Positions 33,301-41,535 of a DNA stretch of 64,000 nucleotides are shown here, in pieces. The notes beneath the pieces are model-generated. The model searched no databases, was not told the origin of the DNA, and was given only the letters and a program-made list of their open reading frames with translations. The stretch comes from a virus. Where the stretch lies: the IMG/VR virus record IMGVR_UViG_3300043448_000423, positions 6,071 to 70,070 of that record; one strand, written 5' to 3'. The number at the start of each line of letters is the position of its first letter. The first letter of the stretch is position 1. Made by a program: the position numbers and the translations under genes.

Positions 33301-34423
33301 TGTTGCTAGAGGACAGTTATCGACTACTGCTAAAACTCATAGTGCAAATGCGGCTGTTAAAGAAATGTATCTCCGCGAGGAGACAACAACTATTATTGAT
33401 GCAATTAATGGAACAGCAACAAGTGGTTTAATAACTATTAAATTAACGAATTCAGATTTAGTTCCTAAGTATCTAGATAGACAACATTATGTTTTAATTG
33501 ATAGTGAGTGGTTTATTGTTAATAGTAGCACAGTAAATGCTCTTAATATTAAATTAGTTAAAACAAATTATGAAAGAGGGGATTTAACTGTTCATGATGA
33601 TGTAACGGTTAAGGGTGGAAATTTTGATATTAAGGGCACTGAAGGATTAATTTCATTGTTCCGTGTAGAAAATAATGATGAACACCATTATGAGCCAGGT
33701 AGGGTTGGGATTTTTGCTGATACAAAAATAAGTGGAAACTTACGTCTATATCCAGCGTTGTGTGTTGAAGATCCAGCTGCTACACAACTCAATTCTCCAA
33801 ACCCATTTGAAAATACTACTGATCCAGTTTTCTCTATTGATTCAGTATATGGTGATACATCTGTTGGTAGATTATTAACTGTAAAGGGCATCTCCTCTAC
33901 ATCTCCATCTGCTGCTCAGGCAATATTCGACGTACAAAAACTCGGTGTAAATGGTGCAAATAACTTTACAATAAGACAAGATGGTTCTATTGATAGTTTT
34001 GGTCAAACTGGATTCTATACTAAAACTGGTGGAAGAAAGTGGCAATTTGTAAATACTTCAGGAACTAATCTACAATCTAACGTAAATTATGCAGTTGCAG
34101 TTGTTTCTGGCACAGGAACATTTATTTTAAATCTACCTTCCACTCCGAATACAGGAGATATGATAAGATTTGTTGAAGTTGCTGGTGCATTATCATATAA
34201 TAATACTTTGGTAATTAGAGCTCCAATTGTAAATGGAAACCCAGTTCCTATTCAAGGAGACACTATTGGAACTACATTAGGTGGATTGACAACACCATAT
34301 GCAAGTGGAGAATTAGTTGTTCAAACAAGAAATGCTGGATTTGGATTGCTATATATTGGACCAACAGATGGAACTAATTTTATCCCATCTGCTTATCAAG
34401 GTTGGTGGTTAGTGGAGGTTTGA
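21386..34423 (+). CDS. Giant (4345 aa) virion structural/fibre protein with CBM5/12-like module, H-x-L-x-x-G beta modules and five nested phycobiliprotein-like domains
   Basis: MPLTRLDN..YVSPDDFNATD N-terminus and GWWLVEV C-terminus as in large cyanomyovirus structural proteins; late promoter; repeated KCxRDIGY motifs. Confidence 0.85.
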   Translation: MPLTRLDNLLSSKTGKYIYVSPDDFNATDALDNRGNTPLRPFVTIQRAFLEVARYSYVPGVDNDRFDQFTIMLAPGTHYVDNRPGDLDVANIPVFNFDSNTGEWNDSSILDLSNPNNILYRFNGRDGGATIPRGTSLVGTDLRRTQVRALYIPDPADKDVPRCALFNVTGGCYFWQFTILDSQVEGGPLNGKVYSQPGSTQSATPLFSHHKMTNFVFADRDDLSLLYRKIAKCFSKYQTAIDDVYAKEVTANNGRVSDTWDASTSKTYAQNDTVVFGGNAYQAVIAHTSSSDKRPDKNKTYWKILTTTSREFDYAVQENRIVGPLADTIQIDDITISEYNTETLNVKVRTKINHNLFPTQYVVVANTGFSNLLHGSFEVVSISETNPKEFTYRTKATLAQVSFANNETQIPPDANASIQAEVDSVESASPYVFNVSIRSTWGICGIWADGRKATGFKSMVIAQYTGVSLQKDDRAFIRYDEFTNTWNEAPLTDAFATTPYHIKGDAYWKDDWRNFHVRASDDSFIQNVSIFAVGFADHFLLESGGDMSITNSNSNFGNTSMHSKGFKGFAFNQDKGGYITDIIPPQSFSSTPTTTKVSYYPFDVQLTRGSQDTGGSWLSQPKLYLTGDKANNYLDRPAVSINGYRLGARTYINSSKAEKIYTKISADTAAGETQPTVKEAFLYPQGFKKWTATLTTLSPGNLGVGNFDNNPATNETADKAFYNRCQDAANLIDANKTFIQAETFGYIIEKYPYLQDRPYVNPNITAETGRYRDGSNLIKANRAEIVDYAFTQMQTAFPTFTVPGNDNDKCKRDIGYIVDAIAQDLYDGGNENIINATKSYFGAYASISSVSRTNNVATITTSTPHNLAVGAVVAINCSIDAFDDPSATVLSVPSTTTFTYTNVGTNLSNTATGTVSTESGSPISNGLVGEETQSIFAFNRVKDWAKKAISNQLTYKSLLNVTSITASGTTVTVTVNSSNPHGLKVGDEVTIGGATQTGYNGKWKVLASGLTTTVFRVTVNTTPAASPATGAYYVSNITIDPENALEEAGRYKDASNLVTANRQEIIDRAFAEVSLQYDESAWGTNWVVPGDSTTDDNNRYRDAYRLIQRNRQEVIDRAFGEIAVQYTEASWGTNWVVPGDSVTTTLSRYLDAYRLIQRNRNIIVETAYATVVANPPSPAPTNLLSKCKRDIGYFVDAVSLDILLGGGNVYTRKFTQSYFSNNTTLLTNGLAGEVTQSNTAFNKARDAMKSAIKNLLGSFAGVVTSSPAGGTWIDGSSGTKTVYTDGTITTDSTPGTQGVCTNVQDAIDTLTSVVTTALTNVNLGTLPAESNGITEGAGELKCMRDIGYFIDAVSLDIAQAGGNRYSRKFIQQYFTNSTTLLTNGLAGETSQSVIAFNMARDMMKKALTNQLYVKDLTLSAGPATYGGGGGNITVDQSGNAASCADVQSTVDTLTAVITSPLTAGNLTSLPAETVGTVPAGETKCKRDLGYIVDSIAQDLFWGGNEFTIDAVKEYFTNTTTLLTNGLTGELTQSVVAFNAAKEMVKKAVSNQLYSKNLTLSYGPANYGGTGGNVTYNQSGNSATCTDVQATVDTLFGIVTSTLNAGSLSSLPQLSNGQWDCANVRATIDTLTAIITTTLKEGSLANLPAVSPGLWSQVNEYSKCKRDIGYIVEAITSDLRLGGNEATVNAAEAYYTGTGNFTVTGTLSTSGIITGISSTAGLLAGMSVTKTSGAGAFGDNAVIQSVDSSSQITVAISSGSFTAGSITFTANQLDYIENERVETLDAYDYVKQLMISSMRNHNTYIPTANVSFSTSSSIVTLTGGRTTAGLVVGMKVQSVTTIPSDTGSNSTTNYNDSLEEIVDGRVVPKASNVSTRISTGTYIKNIISSTQFELGEKGSKLNIGLSKKPSSNTTANLFFSMEEGTWSTAVEPSVDNTVIQVYNEYTNTNGECANIKSALDTYFTSINTIINNGIGQVTRIPSTINTGTFAQRATLFTLKDIGSPTDPHFLQTGTPVRLVPRAKEGVSVDKRLIRLPKGFDTNTVYYIIAPGRITDPYDYSTTTSFNATSGSLQNLMLATSIENAAAGIFVYSPETEAVDPDVEIDVYQYLLDLKYDLSKYETTVKASNLEILTTTEPHIFDVPTTSDTLTDTQRFTSVFFKPIGSGGLPSISGGTTLNPNKEYYVRYVSKYEFKVYDTLNAAINNPGSPLVFTSGFTQKFYVLSNKRRSPLRYDPAATTANTSDGTWYLQTDTSKTNSILTRIRSNDFETKDKTPDSWFERLSDDRSKEDRVYRLRYVIPKYLKSVRDPLRGFVIKSRTDSTRKLQPQKILLKPTASGNSFAQFSIPNTTAAAPGLTSGKEYLGLDVNSQGPNFISAYDPYNPELQDPTQPTTSSPRFRVRKTTSAKVTFYVQSSRKRTVNNKDYLELTVFDIGIEEQGYKQKIFTSVEITPPQGGDGIFVSNTSNLPSNDTSTDITWSGATEGSARVHAYYEYEGKHYLILKDVNTITSTLEYSPFQVTTFTQGLVSAKLLTEPDFGRSSRDRYLYVTEGANVYTMTPGDTLTDDTGVSYTIAEVEDVQDFDKTFYIYDVNTIRRRIYGQQDGIYYLTCIRGDISPYPTGSGVGENFKNFKFSQPISKLYPEFYKNDPEWYKQIDSTLTDPPETISAADNYIHGLVTVNDSKGSTTKEAILDFISDPGSKQYYFSGNVVKDSKIINVDIAAQEGTASAGSEGRKIPISGNSLYPTEGRLYVELRRPSIARSGNHTFEYLGFGPGNYSTGFPLRQEVVLSDIQDFYAQAKRENAGIVFYTGLNSNGDLYIGNRKINAITGEETYLESAALVTSADEGDTIGNFVTTFDGPVTFNDKVSFLAPISKSPMVSQAPWQWDVPAQDPASPTLALSPPSIEILSNTATGDDSSLTSNTKTGKTTGSITLTGNRISSAIYNFNNRGIQTYSIRTAVEQWTPNQLNPYGNSSQSQVINFGSRFPLISGDILFKGEQVGFSGSLGWIYASNFVTISHTSLSDKLSTLIGYGSGSGNNKIRLNWAVNPQTSVAYTNAEIGITSSEYQVRIAGSFSSTQASLGQKVLGTWPIISSSFVASNSYIDLQITDTVSVGTYIITYAQEPNISISFSNNQWKEVGVLGAEVIRTETDSIGNYKLGINTVARSATSAYLTAFVDPATTNPRANLDVVGDAFISGKSQPSGSSFETSTTKTETGLINAFLVGGFSSAPSRFATLRVDTLNNRVGINTTKQLSISQVARSSNVATITTSTAHGLVAGNQVTIDITGTTYASFDATAATILASPAPTTTSFSYSNTGSTVSVTALPNGTTGTVIKPSNDLDRTLVVDGTSRFTDNVRFEKDIEINGGDIETTLTTQNFNFLNQSTYTGSVTESSGVYTTTGVNIANYAASINIGTSRTDDQFINIANSSDHVNIRIANNVSTGTSATSNISKVNIGGAYGNNETNSYVSLDSKSTRIAGDVTIGYQKGLTEALTIASTAGTVNFFNTITSTMNFGGGVSTLTMGGQGGQTRIKNALTVDASLTVKSNITLVGGLLSLNFSANRGALGSTATAHTGTATGTPASNTVDIITIVSTDSGYTNQVDTATSGVWGSSATDASYQQSFNTGATAEPITLPALTGNFYYLPLKYAPTGNRALAIGDYLLIDSTPGANRWPEIVRISSLPQNASTYSSATGPYWVAVERLSIGTFLPKPSNGHLDDTTIYRVNIQFDATWLTNSPTSSSTSFSLAEIGGSINNGDYIIVDRNDSGTSGEAVKITGTTQSTPKKLTVNNGAATPLTVFEVDSTNGNTIIGNPNLTTANGSVTMYGGLTLVGGTPSGGTCEVLKITDGVNTTLSVNTCTGDTVIGNAIGEITANRAEFGTTAAAHSAGATATVILTSPATDNAVGSTLLSQAITSTTATTIYVNDITGFKYDAETGGNIYILVSQESGGEFMRITATPVKTGTADNSGYLIVARGQLSTTAKTHSANAAVKEMYLREETTTIIDAINGTATSGLITIKLTNSDLVPKYLDRQHYVLIDSEWFIVNSSTVNALNIKLVKTNYERGDLTVHDDVTVKGGNFDIKGTEGLISLFRVENNDEHHYEPGRVGIFADTKISGNLRLYPALCVEDPAATQLNSPNPFENTTDPVFSIDSVYGDTSVGRLLTVKGISSTSPSAAQAIFDVQKLGVNGANNFTIRQDGSIDSFGQTGFYTKTGGRKWQFVNTSGTNLQSNVNYAVAVVSGTGTFILNLPSTPNTGDMIRFVEVAGALSYNNTLVIRAPIVNGNPVPIQGDTIGTTLGGLTTPYASGELVVQTRNAGFGLLYIGPTDGTNFIPSAYQGWWLVEV

Positions 34424-34424
34424 T

Positions 34425-35687
34425 ATGGTATCATATAATAGAGTAAAAACTTTAAAAAATATGCCAATAGGCACTATAATGCCTTGGACTGGCAATTCTT
34501 CTTTTGGTAACTTTGAAGCTAATGTGCCACATGGTTGGGTAATATGTGACGGCAAAACGTGGCTAGCAAAACAACTGCCGCTACTTGCATCTGTGATTGG
34601 TAATACTTATGGACCAACTTCTGATGGCATAAAAAATAATTATCCAAATTATAATGATGATGATATATTTCAGGTTCCAAATCTGACTAACAGAGCACTT
34701 ATAGATCATGAAAATTCTTATTTAAATGAAACACAATATCAGTATGGACAAAGTGATGCACAAACTGTAGTTGGTGCTTTGATTAATGGAGACGGAACTT
34801 CGATTACACCTCCAACAATATATTCTGGTGATGGCGATTTGCAATTTACTATGCAAAATAGTAATACTCTTGCTGGTGTTATTAATGGGTTTACTTTGAA
34901 TCCTCCTACATGGTCTAAAACTTATTACATATTAGGAAGAAAACTGGGATTAAAACATACTCCTGCTCATACTCATAAAGGTAAGTATAGTTCTGCGATA
35001 CCAGATGGAAAATATGCAGAAGCTTTCCAAGCTCCTAGTGTTGATATTGAAGGTGGTAAATGGACTAGTGCAAACTTAAAGGGAGTTGGATCGGATAATC
35101 CAGATGCATGGGCAGGTGGATATGGAAAGGTGACATATTATGACGCAAATACTCAGGTTCTTACTGATAGCAAAAAAGATTTTTATGGTAATTATAATAC
35201 GGGTGCATCTATAATTGCTGGAGTTAAAGCTAATCAAACATTATCATATGAAACAATACCTCCAGTTGGAGTTCAAAGAAGCATCGAACAATCTGCTCCA
35301 CAAACACCTACTTTTAACGATACTTACAATTATGGGCATCAAATGAAAGCTGTGTATGGGACTGCAGCAGGAGGATCTGGTGTTTTTCCACCGCCAAATA
35401 CTTTTTTTGGTAGAAGAAATTATTTAAATAATGATAAAACCACTACATATCCCACAACTCTTTCTCATTCGGCAGAAGATCCTACTTCTAGTGCTTGGAC
35501 TGCTCACAATCATTTTACATTTGATTTGACCATGAATATTGGTAGTTTAAGACCTCCAACTAATATTTCTGTATCAAATATGCAAACTTATAATGTACAA
35601 CCTATTGATATACCATCTGCGGTTAATATATTGGCGGATGTTTCTACAGCATCACAAACAATTATAACTATTATAAGAGCGTTTTAA
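34425..35687 (+). CDS. Tail collar-domain fibre/baseplate protein
   Basis: PIGTIMPW..PHGWVICDG..PLLASVIGNTYG..FQVPNL collar motif; HTPAHTH; IIRAF end. Confidence 0.8.
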   Translation: MVSYNRVKTLKNMPIGTIMPWTGNSSFGNFEANVPHGWVICDGKTWLAKQLPLLASVIGNTYGPTSDGIKNNYPNYNDDDIFQVPNLTNRALIDHENSYLNETQYQYGQSDAQTVVGALINGDGTSITPPTIYSGDGDLQFTMQNSNTLAGVINGFTLNPPTWSKTYYILGRKLGLKHTPAHTHKGKYSSAIPDGKYAEAFQAPSVDIEGGKWTSANLKGVGSDNPDAWAGGYGKVTYYDANTQVLTDSKKDFYGNYNTGASIIAGVKANQTLSYETIPPVGVQRSIEQSAPQTPTFNDTYNYGHQMKAVYGTAAGGSGVFPPPNTFFGRRNYLNNDKTTTYPTTLSHSAEDPTSSAWTAHNHFTFDLTMNIGSLRPPTNISVSNMQTYNVQPIDIPSAVNILADVSTASQTIITIIRAF

Positions 35688-35688
35688 G

Positions 35689-37008
35689 ATGCCAGTTTTT
35701 TACCAAAAAGAAAAATCTAAATTTGGCACAACATCTGGAACAATTATAGCATTTCCAGTTGATTTAATTTCTACAGATCCAAATGATGCGGATAACGTCG
35801 CTAAATTACCAGCTGGTTATTTGCGATGTGATGGTTCTGTTCAATCAGCAATAATTTATCCAACACTCGCAGAAGTTTTGGGAACTGGTGATGCTTCTGT
35901 ATTTCGTCAACCAGATAAAACATTAAATGCAAATCAATTTCAATTACCAGATTTAAGATCAAAGTATTTAAAAGCAACTGCTACTTCTAACCAAGGTCTT
36001 ATTAATAATCACACAACTGTAAATGCATCTGGACAAACAGTTTCTAAAGCAGGAATTGGAGTTTCTATTACTACCAATGTCGGCAATTCTGCTACTGTAT
36101 CATTTCAGGGTTTATTTAGAATTCCACCTCAAACAGCAAATTTATTAGGAAATCTTAGTTTTACAAAACCAAAATACACAGAAGAAGAAGTAGTTGACAT
36201 TAAGAGTATGGCACCTCATGTGCATTATACTAATACTAGTAGATGTAGAATTAAACCTAAAAATTTAAATAATATATATTTAGAGGATAATTATTATGTC
36301 AATGCTACTACTATAGGAGTTAATAATTGGTTTGATGCCACTGGTCAACCATCTGAGGGTGGTTATTTAGAAGCTCAACCAGCTTGTAATTTTTATTTAA
36401 TAGGTCAGGATTCAAATGCGGGTAATTTGTTACCTACTTTGAATGGATGCAGTATTGAATACTGGGAAGTTTGTTATTCTGGATGTTCAGGAATGATTCA
36501 AAATTGTTTAGTTCCTAATAATAAAACATATACTTTTGAAAGTGAAGCTCAAGCAGAGCAAACATGTTTAGGATTTATTAAAACAAATTTTACTATTGGT
36601 ATTGGCGGTTCTATAAGTGGCAGTAGTTCTGATGGATATAATTCTACTAATAATAATGTCGGATCTGATGATATACCTCAGAGTGGCGATAATGGTTATT
36701 CTCACACGGCAAAATTGAATAATGTTTTGCCATTTGATCCATCTGCAGACACAGATATTGAAGCGGCTATTACTGTATCGAACGTAGTACAAATAACAGA
36801 TGACTATAATTATGAAGATGATCCTACCCTGCACAAACATACTATAAATTATACTGTTGATCCAACATCATATACAATGACGACAGGAGAACTTTTTATT
36901 CCCACGGATGGATTGAAAGCTACTATTAGTATTAGTCCAGAAAATACAGTTGCGTTGGATGATATGGTTCCTCCTTTTACAATAGTAGAATATCTAATTA
37001 AAATATAA
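35689..37008 (+). CDS. Tail collar-domain protein
   Basis: GTIIAF..PAGYLRCDGS..YPTLAEVLG..FQLPDLRSK; PPFTIVEYLIKI end. Confidence 0.8.
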   Translation: MPVFYQKEKSKFGTTSGTIIAFPVDLISTDPNDADNVAKLPAGYLRCDGSVQSAIIYPTLAEVLGTGDASVFRQPDKTLNANQFQLPDLRSKYLKATATSNQGLINNHTTVNASGQTVSKAGIGVSITTNVGNSATVSFQGLFRIPPQTANLLGNLSFTKPKYTEEEVVDIKSMAPHVHYTNTSRCRIKPKNLNNIYLEDNYYVNATTIGVNNWFDATGQPSEGGYLEAQPACNFYLIGQDSNAGNLLPTLNGCSIEYWEVCYSGCSGMIQNCLVPNNKTYTFESEAQAEQTCLGFIKTNFTIGIGGSISGSSSDGYNSTNNNVGSDDIPQSGDNGYSHTAKLNNVLPFDPSADTDIEAAITVSNVVQITDDYNYEDDPTLHKHTINYTVDPTSYTMTTGELFIPTDGLKATISISPENTVALDDMVPPFTIVEYLIKI

Positions 37009-37010
37009 AA

Positions 37011-40000
37011 ATGGCAAGAAACGTAAGATCAAATTATTTAACAGATAAAGTTTCTAGATCTTCTACAGCTCCTATAGGAAGTATTGTTCCTGTATTTGAT
37101 GCTAGTGGAACTAATATTGCTGATACGGGAGTCATAGATTCTTATTCTTCTCCTTTATCATCTGGATCTGGATATAATACTACGGGATCTAATAATAATC
37201 CTTATGGTTTATTCATGCTTCCTAAATCATATGCAGTAAACAGCACGGGAAGTTCGGGATCGACATCGACAAACGGGATTAATACCACAAATAATACTTT
37301 TTATGTTGCCAATCATGGATTATCTAATGGTGATAAACTAATAGTTAAAAGTAACACTCAAGGAACGATTTGTGTTGTTGGCACATATTCTTTAATATAT
37401 GGAAGAACATTTTATGCTGCTTCTGTGACTACTAACACTTTTAAATTGTCGTTAACATATGCCCAAGCGACTGCAGCTACCCCAACTACTCAAACTATAG
37501 ATACACTTGGAACTAGTGGAACTATAACTTTTGTTGGTAGTATTGGATATGGTGCTACTGTTTTTGCAATTGCAAATGCGTCAAATCAAATTAGTGGAAT
37601 TACGATTAAAAATCCAGGATATGGATATGCTGTTGATGATGTTTTGTATGTTCAGCAACCTGGAAGCGGAAATAATGCAAAATTTAGAGTTGTAACTGTT
37701 TTGAACTTAAATTCAGTTAGTGATCAATATGAAGGTTGGTTATATTGCGATGGATCTACATATAATGCAAATGATTATCCATTATTATTTAAAATAATAG
37801 GAACACAATATGGAGGAACTGCTGGAAATTCTCAACAATTAAGTGCTTTTGGTAGTATGACTGGAACTTTTAAAGTTCCAGATTATAAGACAAGAACTCT
37901 TGTTGGAACTGGTGCTGTTGCTGGGGGATCTACTCCAATATATGGAAATGTCATATCTGCGGTGGGCAATAGTGGTGGAAAATGGTATTTTTCTAAAACT
38001 AGTCAGGAAAGTAAATTTTCCATTGGAAATGTAGTCATAACTGGATATAGTAATATTACCGATATTGCAACTGCTACTTTAAGTGGATCTCAAAAATTGA
38101 GAGTTGGACCTTTATCGGAAAAATTATTGACTGGAATTCCAGAACATAATCATGACGTATTGTGTAGTGAATCTAATGAAGTAGGTGTTCGTCAAGGCAA
38201 TACATTGGCTAATGATTATTATTGTGCTAGTTATAAAACTTCAAGTACAGGAATACAATACTTCTTTCCGCCAGATTCTGCTTCTATTACACATACTCAT
38301 GGATTTGTTGATTATGTTTCCACCGATCCAACTACCTCTACTTATGGAGAATTTATTGGTCCTGGAGAAAAAAATGAAATTACCGTTACTGCATCAAATA
38401 TATCTTCAAATCAAATTACTTCCAGTTCCCATGGATTGGTTACTGGCAATCGCATAGTAGTTAAAGAAAATACACAATCTACGAAAGCAACTACTCAAAT
38501 AACGGGGCAATCAGCGGTTGCTATAGAAACAGATTTATTTTATTATGTTATAAAAATAAATGATAATACTTTTAAATTAGCTAGTACTAAAAACGAAGCG
38601 GCTTCTAATACAGCATTAACTTTAACATCTGGTACTGGTGGAAATATTGTTTTTTATACTTCGTATAAAGCTGCTGGACAATTACCACAAACTCCAGTTA
38701 CTACAATATCTACTCCTTCTCCGTTGGTATATGATTTTGATAATAATTCAGTTGTTGGTGGAAAAACAATAATTACTCAGGGGCAGACAACATATACTTA
38801 TGAAATAAAGTATAATTCTGCTACTCAGGGAGCAGGAACGTTTAACATTGCTGCTCCAACAGTTAGTGGAACTGAAATAGAAGTTAGATTGCAGGGTGAT
38901 AACGGGACTGGGGCATCAACTAATAGTGATGGAACAAATGGAAGTTCTGCTTCTTTTACTATATCTGGTACTACATGGACCGCTGGTGGAGGGGGCAAGG
39001 GATTTAAACCATCATCCGCTACTTCTACCACTGGTGGCGCTGGTGGATCTGCTGGCGCGACAACAACACCAGCATCAGCACCTACTGGAGGGACATATAC
39101 TGGAACGCCATCATATGTTTCTGGAAATGCTGGTGGTGCTGGGGGTGGATATATAGGATCTAGTGCTCCTCAAGGAGGTCAAGGAGGTCAAGATCCTCAA
39201 GGATTTACTGGAAATGGTGGTGATGGATCCAGTAGTTATATTTCAAATGTCGTTTCTTTTTCTTCGTCATATACTAGTTCAACTAGTTTGGGGTCTACTA
39301 GTACTACCTATACTATCCCTGGTACTGGATATCCTTTAACCAGCTTAACTATTAATGTAAGAGGAGGTGGTGGTGGTAATGGTGCTGGTGGTGGCGGTGG
39401 TATTGGTAATGGTGGAAAACGTGTTATTGCTACAGCAAAAGTTGGTACTGGTGGATTAAACACTGGAAATGTTTTGGTAATATATGTTGGTGGCGGTGGT
39501 GGGTCTGGCAGTGGACTTACTGGAGGTTCTGCTTCACAAACAGGATTCTCTAGGGGTGGTAATGGTGGTAATGGTAATGGTGGATTAGGTGGCGGTGCTG
39601 GTGGATCATCCAGTGCAGTTGGATTACAATCTCCTGCAACAACTTTAGTTGGAGCTGGCGGCGGTGGCGGCGGCGGTGGACAGGGTGATGGTGTTGCTGA
39701 TAGTTATCAAACTGGTCAACTAAATGGTACGGATGATGCTCAAGGATTATCATCGGTTTTTGCTGGAACTGGAGCAAATGGTGCTGGTGCATCATGTACT
39801 TCTGCAGGCGGCGGCGGCGGTGGTGGTGGTGTAGGAACTACCTCTGGATCTGGCGGAGGCGGAGGCGGAACTGTAGTTCATAATGGTGATGGATATGGAG
39901 GAAGCAGAGGTCAATCTGCATATGATACCGATTATATACAATCAGTTACGAATTCTGGTGGACAAAATAGTAGTGGTGGAACAGGATCTGTTGATATAAG

Positions 40001-40913
40001 CGGTAGTTATGATGCTTCTTATTATGGTGCAGCTGGCGGCGGCGGCGGTTCTGGATCTTATGTATTTTTCCGTCTCACTGGCATATTAGCTGGGTCTTCA
40101 GTTACAGTTGGTTCGGGTGCATATGCAATGGTTAGATATGGTACTCCAAGTACAACAACAGGAACTAGCACTTCAGTTACAGTTGGATTGATTGATAGTT
40201 CTAGTGATGGAGTCGATTATGTTTCTTCTGGAACTGGTAGTGGTTCTACTGGTGGTTTCACGAGTCCAGATTCTCAATTGTACCTGAGATTTAGTGGTAA
40301 TGGAACTGCTGGAGTAAGATTTGCAAATACTATAGAATTAAATGGTCAAAATATAAACAATATGGTTGTTAGAGCAATAGTTGGAAATAATAGTAATGGA
40401 GGGGAAATACCAGAAGAACCATTGAGTATATATTATAGTGTCGATAATGGCACGTCTTGGACTGTTGCTGGGCAATTAATTCCTGCTTACACTACAGCAA
40501 CAGAAGTCAATGCTGCTGGAGCAAACGTTTGGAAAGATTATACTTTTAATTTTCTCCCTGAAATGCAAGATCCTGATGTATTGTTAAGTTTTAGACAGAA
40601 TCATAGTGGAGGTGACAGCACATCAACTAATGATAATTTTGGCATAGAAAAAGTAACATTTAATTATAATCAAGTTGAAACTACTACATATGTTACGCAA
40701 GCAGGAAAACTTCCAATGAATATCGATTTTATTGATGAAGATATACCACCATCTGGAAATCCTATATCTTCTGCTGGTGTTGAAATTAATGATGGTACAT
40801 TTAAAATGTCATCCTCTGTTCCTCTTAGCATAACTTCGGATTTAGTTCCTAAGATTGACATTCCTTTGATAACGAGGTATCATAGAGTTAAATACATGAT
40901 AAAAGCATTTTGA
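37011..40913 (+). CDS. Long Gly-rich tail fibre with collar domain and C-terminal reelin/BNR-like module
   Basis: PIGSIVP..GWLYCDGS..YPLLFKIIG..FKVPDY collar; extensive GGGGG repeats; YSVDNGTSW Asp-box; KYMIKAF end. Confidence 0.8.
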   Translation: MARNVRSNYLTDKVSRSSTAPIGSIVPVFDASGTNIADTGVIDSYSSPLSSGSGYNTTGSNNNPYGLFMLPKSYAVNSTGSSGSTSTNGINTTNNTFYVANHGLSNGDKLIVKSNTQGTICVVGTYSLIYGRTFYAASVTTNTFKLSLTYAQATAATPTTQTIDTLGTSGTITFVGSIGYGATVFAIANASNQISGITIKNPGYGYAVDDVLYVQQPGSGNNAKFRVVTVLNLNSVSDQYEGWLYCDGSTYNANDYPLLFKIIGTQYGGTAGNSQQLSAFGSMTGTFKVPDYKTRTLVGTGAVAGGSTPIYGNVISAVGNSGGKWYFSKTSQESKFSIGNVVITGYSNITDIATATLSGSQKLRVGPLSEKLLTGIPEHNHDVLCSESNEVGVRQGNTLANDYYCASYKTSSTGIQYFFPPDSASITHTHGFVDYVSTDPTTSTYGEFIGPGEKNEITVTASNISSNQITSSSHGLVTGNRIVVKENTQSTKATTQITGQSAVAIETDLFYYVIKINDNTFKLASTKNEAASNTALTLTSGTGGNIVFYTSYKAAGQLPQTPVTTISTPSPLVYDFDNNSVVGGKTIITQGQTTYTYEIKYNSATQGAGTFNIAAPTVSGTEIEVRLQGDNGTGASTNSDGTNGSSASFTISGTTWTAGGGGKGFKPSSATSTTGGAGGSAGATTTPASAPTGGTYTGTPSYVSGNAGGAGGGYIGSSAPQGGQGGQDPQGFTGNGGDGSSSYISNVVSFSSSYTSSTSLGSTSTTYTIPGTGYPLTSLTINVRGGGGGNGAGGGGGIGNGGKRVIATAKVGTGGLNTGNVLVIYVGGGGGSGSGLTGGSASQTGFSRGGNGGNGNGGLGGGAGGSSSAVGLQSPATTLVGAGGGGGGGGQGDGVADSYQTGQLNGTDDAQGLSSVFAGTGANGAGASCTSAGGGGGGGGVGTTSGSGGGGGGTVVHNGDGYGGSRGQSAYDTDYIQSVTNSGGQNSSGGTGSVDISGSYDASYYGAAGGGGGSGSYVFFRLTGILAGSSVTVGSGAYAMVRYGTPSTTTGTSTSVTVGLIDSSSDGVDYVSSGTGSGSTGGFTSPDSQLYLRFSGNGTAGVRFANTIELNGQNINNMVVRAIVGNNSNGGEIPEEPLSIYYSVDNGTSWTVAGQLIPAYTTATEVNAAGANVWKDYTFNFLPEMQDPDVLLSFRQNHSGGDSTSTNDNFGIEKVTFNYNQVETTTYVTQAGKLPMNIDFIDEDIPPSGNPISSAGVEINDGTFKMSSSVPLSITSDLVPKIDIPLITRYHRVKYMIKAF

Positions 40914-40916
40914 GTT

Positions 40917-41531
40917 ATGAGTGTAGAACCTATAGTTGATCCTTTTTCCATTCCTTGTGAGTTTAATGATTTTATAGGTATATGGAAAAATTTTGTAAGT
41001 CCTATTTTGTGTGATAAAATTATAGAAGTTTTTGATGCTGGGTTGGATAATAGTAGCATTATGTATGGAGAAGGGCATCATCAATTTGAAAACAGAACTG
41101 GAAAATTGGGAAGAAATGATTTATCGATGTTGCTCAATCATGTTGATCATGAACTAACAAATCATATCAATCAATACTTACATACTTGTTTTTTACGATA
41201 TGTTGATGAATACAATCAATTATCCATTGTAAATTTAATGTCAACAAATGTAAAAATACAAAAAACTAGTCCCAATGGTGGTTATCACACTTGGCATTAC
41301 GAAAATTCTGGATATCATGTTTCCGATAGAGAACTTACTTGGATGATATACCTTAATGATATGCCCGAAGGAGAAGCAGAAACAGAATTTATGTATCAAA
41401 AATTAAGAATATCTCCATCTAAAGGAACACTATTAATATGGCCAGCTGGAATGACTCATGTTCATCGAGGGTTAACGGTTTATTCGCAAGATAAATACAT
41501 TGCGACAGGATGGTTCAACAAATTACCATAA
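40917..41531 (+). CDS. 2OG-Fe(II) oxygenase
   Basis: GYHTWHYE..WMIYLND..GEAETEF..WPAGMTHVHRG..KYIATGW. Confidence 0.88.
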   Translation: MSVEPIVDPFSIPCEFNDFIGIWKNFVSPILCDKIIEVFDAGLDNSSIMYGEGHHQFENRTGKLGRNDLSMLLNHVDHELTNHINQYLHTCFLRYVDEYNQLSIVNLMSTNVKIQKTSPNGGYHTWHYENSGYHVSDRELTWMIYLNDMPEGEAETEFMYQKLRISPSKGTLLIWPAGMTHVHRGLTVYSQDKYIATGWFNKLP

Positions 41532-41535
41532 AAAT

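Noticed and set aside
39350-40050. GGT/GGC triplet runs as DNA-level repeats or a DGR target
   Set aside because: Explained by poly-Gly coding in the fibre; no reverse transcriptase or TR/VR pair seen
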